IMG/VR virus record: IMGVR_UViG_3300032330_001838
Location: 1-61,697 of that record
Reading direction: 5' to 3' (one strand)
DNA: 61,697 bases
Source: a virus
Taxonomy: Duplodnaviria; Caudoviricetes
The notes under the pieces are model-generated. The model was not told the origin of the DNA. It saw only the letters and a program-made list of their open reading frames with translations, and did no database searches. The translations under genes were made by a program, and so were the position numbers. Shown here one piece after another: positions 29,014-37,872 of this stretch (position 1 is the first letter of the stretch; each line of letters begins with the position of its first letter).

Positions 29014-29078
29014 GTTTTTTTTAGTTTTTATCGATGATAAATATATAAAACGGAATATAAAACGAAGGATTAATGTGA

Positions 29079-29987
29079 TTATCTTCCTATTTCTGTAATT
29101 TTTACATAGAATTCTGCGTTTGGATAAACTGTAAGAGTATCATCTGAAGAATCTCTTCGTGCATTCACTGCCCAAGCATACCCAGTTAAACTACCATTAG
29201 TTACCCTTCCTGCTAGAGGAAATAATGTACCACTACGAGTGCCACCTCCAGCACCATTAGCCCATACTTGACGTTGAACACCAATTTCAGCTCCATTCCA
29301 TGTTATTTGGGAAAAGAATGAATCTCCACCACCACCATTAACATCATACATAGCGTACACTTCAAAGAATATATAAGATGTAATTGATAAAGGTGTATAT
29401 GTTGCAGAAACTATACTACTATAAGTATTTGTACTATTAGTATAATTTGTTATAAAACTTAAATCACTTGCACTATATAATCTCATTTGAATAATCTGCC
29501 CTGCACTCCAATTTGATGGTGAAATTTTGCCGGCACCCGTTATATCGCCTGTATTTAGATTGACTGTAACCATTGAGGCATTACTTCCACCTGTATTAGT
29601 ACCTCTTAATATTCTAAATTGATCTTGCCATGTATCTAACATTGATGCAGATGTATATAATCCTCCAGATGCTGCTAATAATATTTGACCTCCTTCACCA
29701 GTTCCTCCTGAAAAAGGTGGATATACATTTAATGTATTTTCAGCGGCTGGGGTACTAGTAATATTACCAATTGTTACGCTTCCTATTTGTGTTGTAGATC
29801 CAGTTATAATAAAACTACCAGTATGAGGTGTCGCTATAAATTCTTTAATATATTGAGTACCATTATCTTGTTTGAAATAGGCTTTTCCATCAAAAGTATT
29901 AAATGCTATTTCAGATGTATTAATACTTGATGCTGTTGGAACAACACCAGCTACATTATTTTGTTTTATATCTATTTTAACAGCCAT
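29079..29987 (-). CDS. putative tail fibre / virion structural protein
   Basis: VP.A......EIA.NT.DGK.YFK fibre N-terminal motif, GEGGQI.L motif, Gly/Ser/Thr-rich composition. Confidence 0.55.
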   Translation of the reverse strand: MAVKIDIKQNNVAGVVPTASSINTSEIAFNTFDGKAYFKQDNGTQYIKEFIATPHTGSFIITGSTTQIGSVTIGNITSTPAAENTLNVYPPFSGGTGEGGQILLAASGGLYTSASMLDTWQDQFRILRGTNTGGSNASMVTVNLNTGDITGAGKISPSNWSAGQIIQMRLYSASDLSFITNYTNSTNTYSSIVSATYTPLSITSYIFFEVYAMYDVNGGGGDSFFSQITWNGAEIGVQRQVWANGAGGGTRSGTLFPLAGRVTNGSLTGYAWAVNARRDSSDDTLTVYPNAEFYVKITEIGR

Positions 29988-30007
29988 ATACGCTTATAAA
30001 TATGAAA

Positions 30008-30033
30008 AAACCTCGCCAATAATGACGAGGTTT
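30008..30033 (-). terminator. intrinsic terminator
   Basis: AAACCTCGTCA-TTAT-TGGCGAGGTTT followed by a T-run on the coding strand. Confidence 0.65.
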
Positions 30034-30055
30034 ATTCTGTATTAATTTATAATAC

Positions 30056-30283
30056 TTAACTTATTTCTCCGGTTTGGATATTAATAGTTCCTTCACCGTA
30101 TTTTTCAGTTAGTTGTTTTACAATTTTTGTTTCACTTTCAAATAACTGAGATTGAGTACCTAATAATTGGAACTTTTGTAATTCTATTTCTCCTAAAGCT
30201 AATGTTAAATTAGCATATTGTTGTTTAATATCTTTTATTTGCTGTAGTTCTTCTTCAGTTAATTTTTTACTTATTAATCCCAT
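30056..30283 (-). CDS. small coiled-coil hypothetical protein (possible fibre chaperone)
   Basis: KLTEEELQ.IK...LG.IE...L..KYG.G.INI.TGEI pattern. Confidence 0.7.
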   Translation of the reverse strand: MGLISKKLTEEELQQIKDIKQQYANLTLALGEIELQKFQLLGTQSQLFESETKIVKQLTEKYGEGTINIQTGEIS

Positions 30284-30286
30284 AAC

Positions 30287-30643
30287 TTATTTTTTAGTTG
30301 TTTTTTTAGTTGCTTTTTTCTTAGCTTCCATTTTAGCTAATGGTTTTACTTTAGCTGTATTTTTTGATGTTGGTTTTACTTTAGTTGTATTTTTTGAGGT
30401 TGGTTTTTTAGTTGTTTTTTTCTTTGGTTTTTCAATTGTAATTATTTGTTCACTAATACTTGGATTTGGAAAATATATTTCTGGAATAGAAGGAGTAATA
30501 TGAGTTGATTCTGAGATTGATTTTGGATCAAAATTCCATGTTGGTTGTTCTTCAATCACTTTTGTTTTTACAGGGTGTGGATAAAATTTAACAACTAATC
30601 CTCCTACTACTAATACAATAATAAGTACAATTACAATTGACAT
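30287..30643 (-). CDS. membrane-anchored Lys-rich protein
   Basis: N-terminal hydrophobic helix (IVIVLIIVLVVGGLVV) and histone-like K/T/P-rich tail. Confidence 0.65.
   Translation of the reverse strand: MSIVIVLIIVLVVGGLVVKFYPHPVKTKVIEEQPTWNFDPKSISESTHITPSIPEIYFPNPSISEQIITIEKPKKKTTKKPTSKNTTKVKPTSKNTAKVKPLAKMEAKKKATKKTTKK
30341..30407. repeat. 30-bp tandem repeat (about 2.2 copies; KPTSKNT[T/A]KV)
   Basis: tggttttactttagctgtattttttgatgt / tggttttactttagttgtattttttgaggt. Confidence 0.85.
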
Positions 30644-30704
30644 AATTTATTTATTTTTATTTAATATAAATATATATAAAAGATAGGAGATAATCAAATT
30701 TACT

Positions 30705-31514
30705 TTAAAAAGTCGTTATAATTACTAATCCATTTCCACCTTTACCTCCAGAAGCTCCTGCTATCGTTCCGCCGCCACATCCACCACCTCCTGATCCTAT
30801 TCCACCATCACCTCCTCTACCACCTACGCCAGCATTATTACTATTACCTCCACCACCACCTAGTGAAAAAAGTGGTTTCCAAAAGGTTGTACCTGATTCA
30901 CTATTATTTCCTGCTCCTATAACTGTACCTCCAGATACGTTTGGTGTTGTAAAGGTTCCTAAGTCAACAGATGCTATATTAGTTCCAACACTTGTAGCCG
31001 GAGTACCACCATTTCCTCCAGGGCATGTTATTGTATTTGTTAAAGGTGTTATAGTTGCTGTGTTAGGATTACTAACTCCAGCTATTGCTACAAATGTTCC
31101 TAAAGATAATAAATTTGCCGATGCTACTGTTGCTAATGTCTCTCCTGTTCCTGCTGCTACAGCTGCGGAGTTACCAGATATACATACTAGATTCATTACT
31201 GTGGCACTACTAGGAGCTATTGAAACAAAACTTCTACCCGCTGTTGAGTTCACTGCTCCTACCCCTGGTTGAACATATAATGTATCAGGCAGTACATTAG
31301 CTGGGAATAAAGCTCTAACAACACCTCCTGATCCTCCTCCAAATCCGGCACTAGTAGTTCCTGTTGTTTGTCCACCTGCTCCAGCCCCAATACACATCAT
31401 CCAAATAAATTTACAATTTCTTGGTTTTTGCCATGTTTGCCAAGCAGTTGCTCCAGTAGCATAAAATATTTTTACATTATCTTGTTGCCCAGGTATATTA
31501 AATACATCTAACAT
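30705..31514 (-). CDS. glycine-rich virion protein (adhesin-like), paralog 3
   Basis: MLD..., W.KP..CKF..MCIGAGAGG, LPDTLYV.PG.G, GGxGG repeats, C-terminal GNGLVIITTF. Confidence 0.75.
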   Translation of the reverse strand: MLDVFNIPGQQDNVKIFYATGATAWQTWQKPRNCKFIWMMCIGAGAGGQTTGTTSAGFGGGSGGVVRALFPANVLPDTLYVQPGVGAVNSTAGRSFVSIAPSSATVMNLVCISGNSAAVAAGTGETLATVASANLLSLGTFVAIAGVSNPNTATITPLTNTITCPGGNGGTPATSVGTNIASVDLGTFTTPNVSGGTVIGAGNNSESGTTFWKPLFSLGGGGGNSNNAGVGGRGGDGGIGSGGGGCGGGTIAGASGGKGGNGLVIITTF

Positions 31515-31518
31515 AATT

Positions 31519-32421
31519 TTAAAAACTTGTTGTTATGATTATTAAACCATTCCCACCATTACCACCATTGCCTCCTCCAACTGAAGCACCTGCTCCTCCT
31601 CCTGATCCACCACATCCTATCGCACCACTACCTCCATTTCCTCCTTGTCCAGTTCCTGCAGTTGCTACACAAGATCCTCCGGCTCCTGCTGTGAAAATCA
31701 TTACTGGTTTTGTTAAGGCTATTCCATTACCTCCACTTCCACCGTTTGCGGCTCCCGAACCATTGGCTGGTGCTGGAAGTGCAGGAACTGGCCCGGTTGC
31801 GGTGATGCCTCCCCCTTGTCCACCATTACCACCACCACCTCCCCTTCCTCCCATTGTTATAGTAGTAGGGGATATTGATGTTACAGAAGCTGATGTTCCA
31901 GCGGATGCTGCTAAAGAAATTGTACTTAAAAAAGTACCTAAATTTAAAAAAATAGCTCCTGCTGCTGTAGCTGCTGTTTCACTAGCTCCTAGTGCTCCAG
32001 TTGTTGTAGTTCCTCCACTTCCTCCAATAGCTGCTACAGTTCCTGACATATTTACTATGTTTGCCGCTGATCCTGTGTCTGGTGTTAGGGTTACAAATGA
32101 TCTTGCTCCATTTCCTCCTGCTGTAGCTGTTGTTCCACCACTTCCTCCTAATCCTCCTACGCCTACATAAGTGTATAAAATATCTGGTAATAGTGATGCT
32201 ACTACTACATACGTTGTTACACAACCACCACCACCACCGCCACCTCCAGCTCTTGAAGGTGTTGCAACTAATCCACCTCCTCCACCCGCTCCAGCCCCAA
32301 TACACATTATATTCACAAACTTAGCACCTCTTGGCTTAATCCATGTTGCCCAAGAACCTGCATTTGTAAATGTTTGTGTATTTACATTACCACTATTTTG
32401 AAAGTATGATAAATCTAACAT
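31519..32421 (-). CDS. glycine-rich virion protein (adhesin-like), paralog 2
   Basis: Same architecture: WIKPRGAKF..MCIGAGAGG, LPDILY, GNGLIIITTSF. Confidence 0.75.
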   Translation of the reverse strand: MLDLSYFQNSGNVNTQTFTNAGSWATWIKPRGAKFVNIMCIGAGAGGGGGLVATPSRAGGGGGGGGCVTTYVVVASLLPDILYTYVGVGGLGGSGGTTATAGGNGARSFVTLTPDTGSAANIVNMSGTVAAIGGSGGTTTTGALGASETAATAAGAIFLNLGTFLSTISLAASAGTSASVTSISPTTITMGGRGGGGGNGGQGGGITATGPVPALPAPANGSGAANGGSGGNGIALTKPVMIFTAGAGGSCVATAGTGQGGNGGSGAIGCGGSGGGAGASVGGGNGGNGGNGLIIITTSF

Positions 32422-33353
32422 TAATATATTGTTGTTATTATTACTAAACCATCTCCTCCTTTACCGCCATTACCGCCACCACCGGCTGTAGACAATCCTC
32501 CGCCTCCGCCTCCTCCTCCACTTCCATACCCCCCATCACCTCCTTTACCTCCTTTTGTTGTTAATGAACTAGCGCCACCTGCTCCACCCATACTACAAAA
32601 TGGATTTAAGGATCCGTATCCACTACTTCCTATTCCACTTGGCGCTAATCCTCCTGATACAAAGGAGGTTAATATTATATTAGCTGGTGATAGAGTAGCT
32701 CCGTCAAATTGAGTTATATTGGCATTTTTTCCAGCTCCTCCAGCTCCACCTGTTATTATATTTGATGCTAATGCTGTAGGTCCCGCTGGTGGTGCTGTTG
32801 TGTATCCGGCACCTGTTCCTGCCACTCCTGCAGAAACTGTTACTAGTCCTATACTTGCAAAGGCGTTATTTGTTGTTGCCCAAACAGTACCTGCTGCTCC
32901 GCCACCAACAGCGCCTCCCACTCCACCTTGTCCACCACCTGCTCCTGCTGTTGTAGCCGATTGCATTATTACAGAGGGTGTTGTTGATACTGGACCTAAT
33001 GATACATAGCTAATTCCTCCTGCTGTTCCTGCAGCTCCATTGCCTGATGCCACATTTCCTATTCCTCCTGCTCCTCCTAATCCAGGTTGTATATATAACG
33101 TATCTGGTAGTAGAAAGGCAGGAAATATTCCTTTACTAAAAGCTGCTCCTCCTCCGCCTCCTCCGCCGCCGATACTACCACCTGCACTGACTCCTCCTGC
33201 TCCACCACCACCTGCTCCTCCGCTTAAACAAAATATTTGTATAAACTTAGCGTTACGTGGTTTTTCCCACGTTTGCCAGTCATTAGTACCTCCGGTAGCA
33301 TAAAATATTTTAGTATTTTCTGTATTGGATGGTATGTGAAAGAGATCTAACAT
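32421..33353 (-). CDS. glycine-rich virion protein (adhesin-like), paralog 1
   Basis: Same architecture: WEKPRNAKF..FCLSGGAGG, LPDTLY, GDGLVIITTIY. Confidence 0.75.
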   Translation of the reverse strand: MLDLFHIPSNTENTKIFYATGGTNDWQTWEKPRNAKFIQIFCLSGGAGGGGAGGVSAGGSIGGGGGGGGAAFSKGIFPAFLLPDTLYIQPGLGGAGGIGNVASGNGAAGTAGGISYVSLGPVSTTPSVIMQSATTAGAGGGQGGVGGAVGGGAAGTVWATTNNAFASIGLVTVSAGVAGTGAGYTTAPPAGPTALASNIITGGAGGAGKNANITQFDGATLSPANIILTSFVSGGLAPSGIGSSGYGSLNPFCSMGGAGGASSLTTKGGKGGDGGYGSGGGGGGGGLSTAGGGGNGGKGGDGLVIITTIY

Positions 33354-33361
33354 AAACTAGT

Positions 33362-33538
33362 TTAAGGTTGAGCACAAGGTGGAGTTACATCAATTTCTTT
33401 TGTATGGTGTGCTACTCCGGGTATTATCTCATTACAGTCTTTATCTATTACTTGTATTACATTTTGTAATGTATCATCCATCACATAATAGAATTCAATA
33501 CTTGGGTCATCAGAACCCTGCATTAAAACATATCTCAT
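33362..33538 (-). CDS. small hypothetical protein (58 aa)
   Basis: Not in ORF track. MRYVLMQGSDDPSIEFYYVMDDTLQNVIQVIDKDCNEIIPGVAHHTKEIDVTPPCAQP fills the gap in the operon. Confidence 0.65.
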   Translation of the reverse strand: MRYVLMQGSDDPSIEFYYVMDDTLQNVIQVIDKDCNEIIPGVAHHTKEIDVTPPCAQP

Positions 33539-33550
33539 ATTATATTAATT

Positions 33551-33988
33551 TTATGGTGTTGTATAAGAACCTCCTACTGCTGAAACATACCATCCACCTC
33601 CTGCTACTTGCTGTGTTGCTACAGTAGCTTGTATTTTATAGTTAGCTGGTAACGCGGCGTTTATAGGTAATTCAAACGCGGCTTGAGCAGCAGTACTTGA
33701 TAGTGTTATAGCGGGTAAAGTAATTTCATCAAATAGTATTACATTTGATCCACTAAGAGCTCCTGATCCACTTGTATTTCCTATAAATACACGAGCGGCG
33801 GTCGCTGTAGTAGATCCGGATGCTTTAAAACGCACTCTTTGTACAAAGCTACCAGATGGACTTGCTGTAAATACTACTACAGATCCTGTTCCGTTAGCTT
33901 CAAAGCTTGGATTTGCATTTACTAATGCTGTTGTTGCCCATTGTATATCTCCTATTCCTGAATAGATTGGGTTTGTGTTTAATGCCAT
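33551..33988 (-). CDS. putative virion structural protein (beta-rich, 145 aa)
   Basis: MA.NT.PIY start, RVF...LFDEITLPA, GGSY end; lies in the fibre cluster. Confidence 0.6.
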   Translation of the reverse strand: MALNTNPIYSGIGDIQWATTALVNANPSFEANGTGSVVVFTASPSGSFVQRVRFKASGSTTATAARVFIGNTSGSGALSGSNVILFDEITLPAITLSSTAAQAAFELPINAALPANYKIQATVATQQVAGGGWYVSAVGGSYTTP

Positions 33989-34000
33989 AGTTGTTTATAT

Positions 34001-34444
34001 TTAAAATAAATTTGAGTATCCTGTTGCTATTGCTACTACTTTACCTTGTGAAATACCTCCACTACCTCCCGCACTTGTTAACGCGAATGATGCAGTACCT
34101 GCAAATCGAGATGCTGTTGACCCCGTGTAATTATTAAATGAGCTAGTTGTAACTGCACTACTTGTAAAGTTATTAAATGAGCTAGTAGTTACAACGCTGC
34201 TTGTGAAGGCGTTAAACGAACTTGTACTGACTACGCTAGAGGTATAGTTGTTGAAGCTGCTTGTTAGTACAAATGATGATGTTTGACTATTAGTTATAAA
34301 ACTTGAAGTAGCAGTGTTTGGAACGTATCCATCAACGCTACCCGATATTGATCCAGTAATAGTTTGAGTAACTGTTAGCGAGCCGCTAACTATAATATTA
34401 TTCTGTGATATTAAGCCATTCTTGGCTACAAATTCATTTGCCAT
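34001..34444 (-). CDS. short tail-fibre-like protein with 13-aa TSSFNxYTSS repeats
   Basis: MANEFVAKNGLI start, four 13-aa repeats, FAGTASFA motif shared with the upstream fibre. Confidence 0.65.
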   Translation of the reverse strand: MANEFVAKNGLISQNNIIVSGSLTVTQTITGSISGSVDGYVPNTATSSFITNSQTSSFVLTSSFNNYTSSVVSTSSFNAFTSSVVTTSSFNNFTSSAVTTSSFNNYTGSTASRFAGTASFALTSAGGSGGISQGKVVAIATGYSNLF

Positions 34445-34480
34445 GTTTAATTAGTTTTCACTATCCAACTAATAGTTCTA

Positions 34481-37400
34481 TTATAAATATGTAACAATCA
34501 TCTTTATAGTCCATCCTGATGAAGCTGCTGTTGCATTGATCTGTAGTTGGCTTGTAACTATTGCTGATTGAAATGTTATATCTGTTGTGTTTCCTATGTC
34601 AACTGTTGCATTGTCGTAGTATGATACGGTTGTTCCGTTCCACGATGTTACAAACTCACCCGCTCTCGAATTACCTGCTTTATAGGCTGTGTATCTACCG
34701 TGAGCTGCTGTGTATGATCCAGTTGCTTGTTGAAATAAATTATTTGACCCAACTATAGTTGATGTTACTTTAGCAAAATCTATTAGCGTTTCGTCTAATG
34801 CTAACGTACTCGCTATTGTAAAGTTTGTAGCAAACGACGCGGTGGCGGCTGATGTAACAGATCCTATCAAGTTTAATGCCGTAGTAGCAAATGATGCTGT
34901 ACCTGCAAACTGCGCTGTTGTTGAGCTAGTGTAGCTATTGAAGGATGCAGTCGTTAGTAAACTACCAGTGTCAGTTGTTCCACCACCACCAAATCCCGAT
35001 GCTGCAGCTGATGCAGATATAAAGGCTGGGGATATGTAAGATGCTGTTGTAGCTGTACCTGTTACATTAGCTGTTATAGTTGATACATTTTCCCACTTCG
35101 TTGTACTGCTGTTATAGGCTAATAAATTATGGTTTGCTACACTTGTTATTGATACATCTGACAATCCAGCCAGAGTTGTTGATCCACCACCACTTCCACC
35201 GCCACTTCCCCCACTGCTACCTCTAAAAAGACCTCCTGGTATCCAGGTAAAGTGAATTGGATTTTGTAATGTTGTGTTTGTACCTCCTTTTATAGCAAAG
35301 GTTCCTAAATAAACTGCGTTGGCCAATGTATTTGGAGCTTCAGAAAACTGCTCACTTGCCAACGCTGCTTGAGCTAATGCTAGGGTACCGTATCTATCGT
35401 TACCGTAATATACGGTAATAGCTTTTGTAACTGAGTTTGGATACCAAAAAACTCTTTGTAATGAGTAGTTACTAGTCCCCACAGTATCTAACACTCCTAA
35501 TCCACCAGGATTATAGTAGACTGGGTCTAGATTTGCATACCCAGCTCCGTTGTTTGTATTATAAACCCAATCTGATCCTGATTGGTAGTATCTAAATATT
35601 TTTGATGTTGTTGTTCCACTATCTACAATATAGGACGGATTATTTGGGTCTACACTATAGTTAGCTCCATCCGTAAATGCTGTACCGCTTCCAACTACTA
35701 AACTACCCGTAGAGGATCCGCTAGGTGCTACTACGTACCCAGATATTTTTAATGGACCAAAAGCTCTAATAAAATCAGATGATCTTTGTTTCCAACCGTA
35801 TGCTACAGATGGGCTTGTTTTGACACCGTTTATTGTTGAGTGGTTTTGATGCAATACAAGTCCTATAGGGATTAACGTGTTAAACTGTCCATCACTAAAC
35901 GGTGTTCCTTGTGCGAAGATAGTTCCGTTTGATTGAACCGATACGAATTGTTGATCAAATGAAGCTGAGTAAGGTGCTATGCTAGCTGATAGGTTAGGCC
36001 AGTTGAGATATTGTATTGTTGGGAACGGATTAGTAGTAAGGCTAGCATTTAAATTTACTATAACACCACTTCCACTTCCTACTTGGTATACTGTTGATGA
36101 TTGCGATGTAATTAAACCACCGTTTAATAAACCTGTATATAAATTACCTTCTAGCCAACGTAGACGAGTTGTGTTAGCGTATCCATTACCATTCTGACTA
36201 AAATACAAATCATTTGTTGAACCTGATATGTAGATATACGATGCTGATATGGACGTATCTATGCTTTTATTAACAGGCATAAATTTAATTACGCCATTGG
36301 TTTCCATATCACCATATATCTTAATTGATGGTGTTGGTGGTGTAGTTGTTGAACCTGATATTATAATACTACCTGATAGTATTGTATTACCTACTAATGT
36401 GTTATTTCCTATTTGTATTGTTGAACCGGTTATATTAAGTGAACCTGTCATTGTGGTAGTACCTATTATAGTACTAGATCCACTCATTGTAATATTACCT
36501 AATATATTATTATTTCCATTAGTTAATAATCCACTACTTGTTAATGTATTTCTTACATTTAAACTACCACTAATGTCTAATGATCCAGTCATATTGTGCT
36601 GGCCGTTTGCATTCAACTCCAATTTCTTATTTGCTTCTACGTCTATACCGCCAGCAAAAAACTGTACTGGTTGGTTTGCTGTTGCATTACCTATGTGTAG
36701 GTTTTGACCAGTTGAGTAGAGGTAGGCATCGTTAGGTCCACCGATATCACCAATAAAGTTATCACTATTGATACCCATGTCAATGTAGTTGGTAGTCTCA
36801 TTTCCATTACCTGCTGTTGCAACTACGTCTGATGATGCGTTAGTACCTTGATTTGTATTTTGAATGTTAAGCTGTAAATAGTTGTTTAGATTACCTTTAC
36901 CGCTTATTACATTGAACGATGTTGTGCTTGGTTGCCAAACGTACAATGCTTCTGGGTTAGCTGACGTGGCGTTGTCTTGGTTTATTATGACTGTGCTAGA
37001 ACCTGATTGATACAGTGAGCTTGTAGCAAGCGTTGTATCTGTTTTGAAGAACGGTATATGTGTTGCTTTACCGCCTAGTATATTTGACGCTGTTGCTGCA
37101 TTAGTAGCATTTGATGAACTTAAGGCAAATGAACTACTTATAGCTCTCGATGCGCTTGTTGCAAAGCTTGCTGTACCCTGTAATGAACCAGTAAATGAAG
37201 GAGCTTCTATTCCTCTAGGAGCTAATAATCTACCATCATTTCTAAATTCCCATAAATTAAATAGTGAGCTTGAGTTTGTTGTTATATACACACCATAATC
37301 CTCTACTACAAAAGAAGATGATTGATTGTATGACAGTAATTCAACAAATCCACCTGGGGCGCCTGCTACAATATCAATATATCCAGGATAATTATTACCA

Positions 37401-37867
37401 TAATAGGTCGATGTTATTCGAGATCCACTATTAAATATAATAGATCCTGTTATAGTTTGATTTCCTTTAAATATATTTGAACCTGTTGTTGCAAATGAAC
37501 TTGTTTGGTTACTTTGTACAAAACTACTTGTCTGTGAATTAGTTACAAAACTACTAGTCTGGCTGTTTTGCACAAATGATGAAGTCTGGTTATTGGTTAC
37601 AAATGAACTTGTTTGGTTACTTTGTACAAAACTACTAGTTTGACTATTAGTTATAAAAGAACTTGTACTACTATTTAAAACATAATTTAACGCTACAGAT
37701 CCTGTATAACTGTTAAATGAACTTGTTGTAACAAAGGCACTAGTATCTATATTAGTTCCTCCTCCATTCATAGCATAGGATGCTGTTAAAGCATAACTTG
37801 ATGTACCGAATAAAGAGCCTGTTATATTTAAGGGATCCTGTAATTGTTTACTTGATAAACGAGCCAT
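34481..37867 (-). CDS. long tail fibre protein (1128 aa)
   Basis: Ser/Thr/Gly-rich; GSLFGTSSYA, FTGSLQGTAS, ITGS repeats, LAGLSDV.I..VA...LL.YNS....WEN fibre motif. Confidence 0.75.
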   Translation of the reverse strand: MARLSSKQLQDPLNITGSLFGTSSYALTASYAMNGGGTNIDTSAFVTTSSFNSYTGSVALNYVLNSSTSSFITNSQTSSFVQSNQTSSFVTNNQTSSFVQNSQTSSFVTNSQTSSFVQSNQTSSFATTGSNIFKGNQTITGSIIFNSGSRITSTYYGNNYPGYIDIVAGAPGGFVELLSYNQSSSFVVEDYGVYITTNSSSLFNLWEFRNDGRLLAPRGIEAPSFTGSLQGTASFATSASRAISSSFALSSSNATNAATASNILGGKATHIPFFKTDTTLATSSLYQSGSSTVIINQDNATSANPEALYVWQPSTTSFNVISGKGNLNNYLQLNIQNTNQGTNASSDVVATAGNGNETTNYIDMGINSDNFIGDIGGPNDAYLYSTGQNLHIGNATANQPVQFFAGGIDVEANKKLELNANGQHNMTGSLDISGSLNVRNTLTSSGLLTNGNNNILGNITMSGSSTIIGTTTMTGSLNITGSTIQIGNNTLVGNTILSGSIIISGSTTTPPTPSIKIYGDMETNGVIKFMPVNKSIDTSISASYIYISGSTNDLYFSQNGNGYANTTRLRWLEGNLYTGLLNGGLITSQSSTVYQVGSGSGVIVNLNASLTTNPFPTIQYLNWPNLSASIAPYSASFDQQFVSVQSNGTIFAQGTPFSDGQFNTLIPIGLVLHQNHSTINGVKTSPSVAYGWKQRSSDFIRAFGPLKISGYVVAPSGSSTGSLVVGSGTAFTDGANYSVDPNNPSYIVDSGTTTSKIFRYYQSGSDWVYNTNNGAGYANLDPVYYNPGGLGVLDTVGTSNYSLQRVFWYPNSVTKAITVYYGNDRYGTLALAQAALASEQFSEAPNTLANAVYLGTFAIKGGTNTTLQNPIHFTWIPGGLFRGSSGGSGGGSGGGSTTLAGLSDVSITSVANHNLLAYNSSTTKWENVSTITANVTGTATTASYISPAFISASAAASGFGGGGTTDTGSLLTTASFNSYTSSTTAQFAGTASFATTALNLIGSVTSAATASFATNFTIASTLALDETLIDFAKVTSTIVGSNNLFQQATGSYTAAHGRYTAYKAGNSRAGEFVTSWNGTTVSYYDNATVDIGNTTDITFQSAIVTSQLQINATAASSGWTIKMIVTYL
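37492..37668. repeat. 27-bp (9-aa TSSFVxxxQ) tandem repeat, about 7 units, within the tail fibre
   Basis: Protein repeat TSSFITNSQ/TSSFVQSNQ/...; exact 37-bp duplication at 37492-37528 and 37600-37636. Confidence 0.9.
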
Positions 37868-37872
37868 ATTTA

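Noticed and set aside
31060-33303. Pro/Ala-rich plus-strand ORFs (e.g. 31535..32170, 211 aa) and minus ORF 31982..32305
   Set aside because: They are antisense or off-frame shadows of the Gly-rich genes (GGN codons read as CCN); there are no independent expression signals.
34001-37867. Repeats as a CRISPR array or diversity-generating retroelement TR/VR pair
   Set aside because: The repeats are in-frame coding units without unique spacers; no reverse transcriptase or adenine-specific variant pair was seen.
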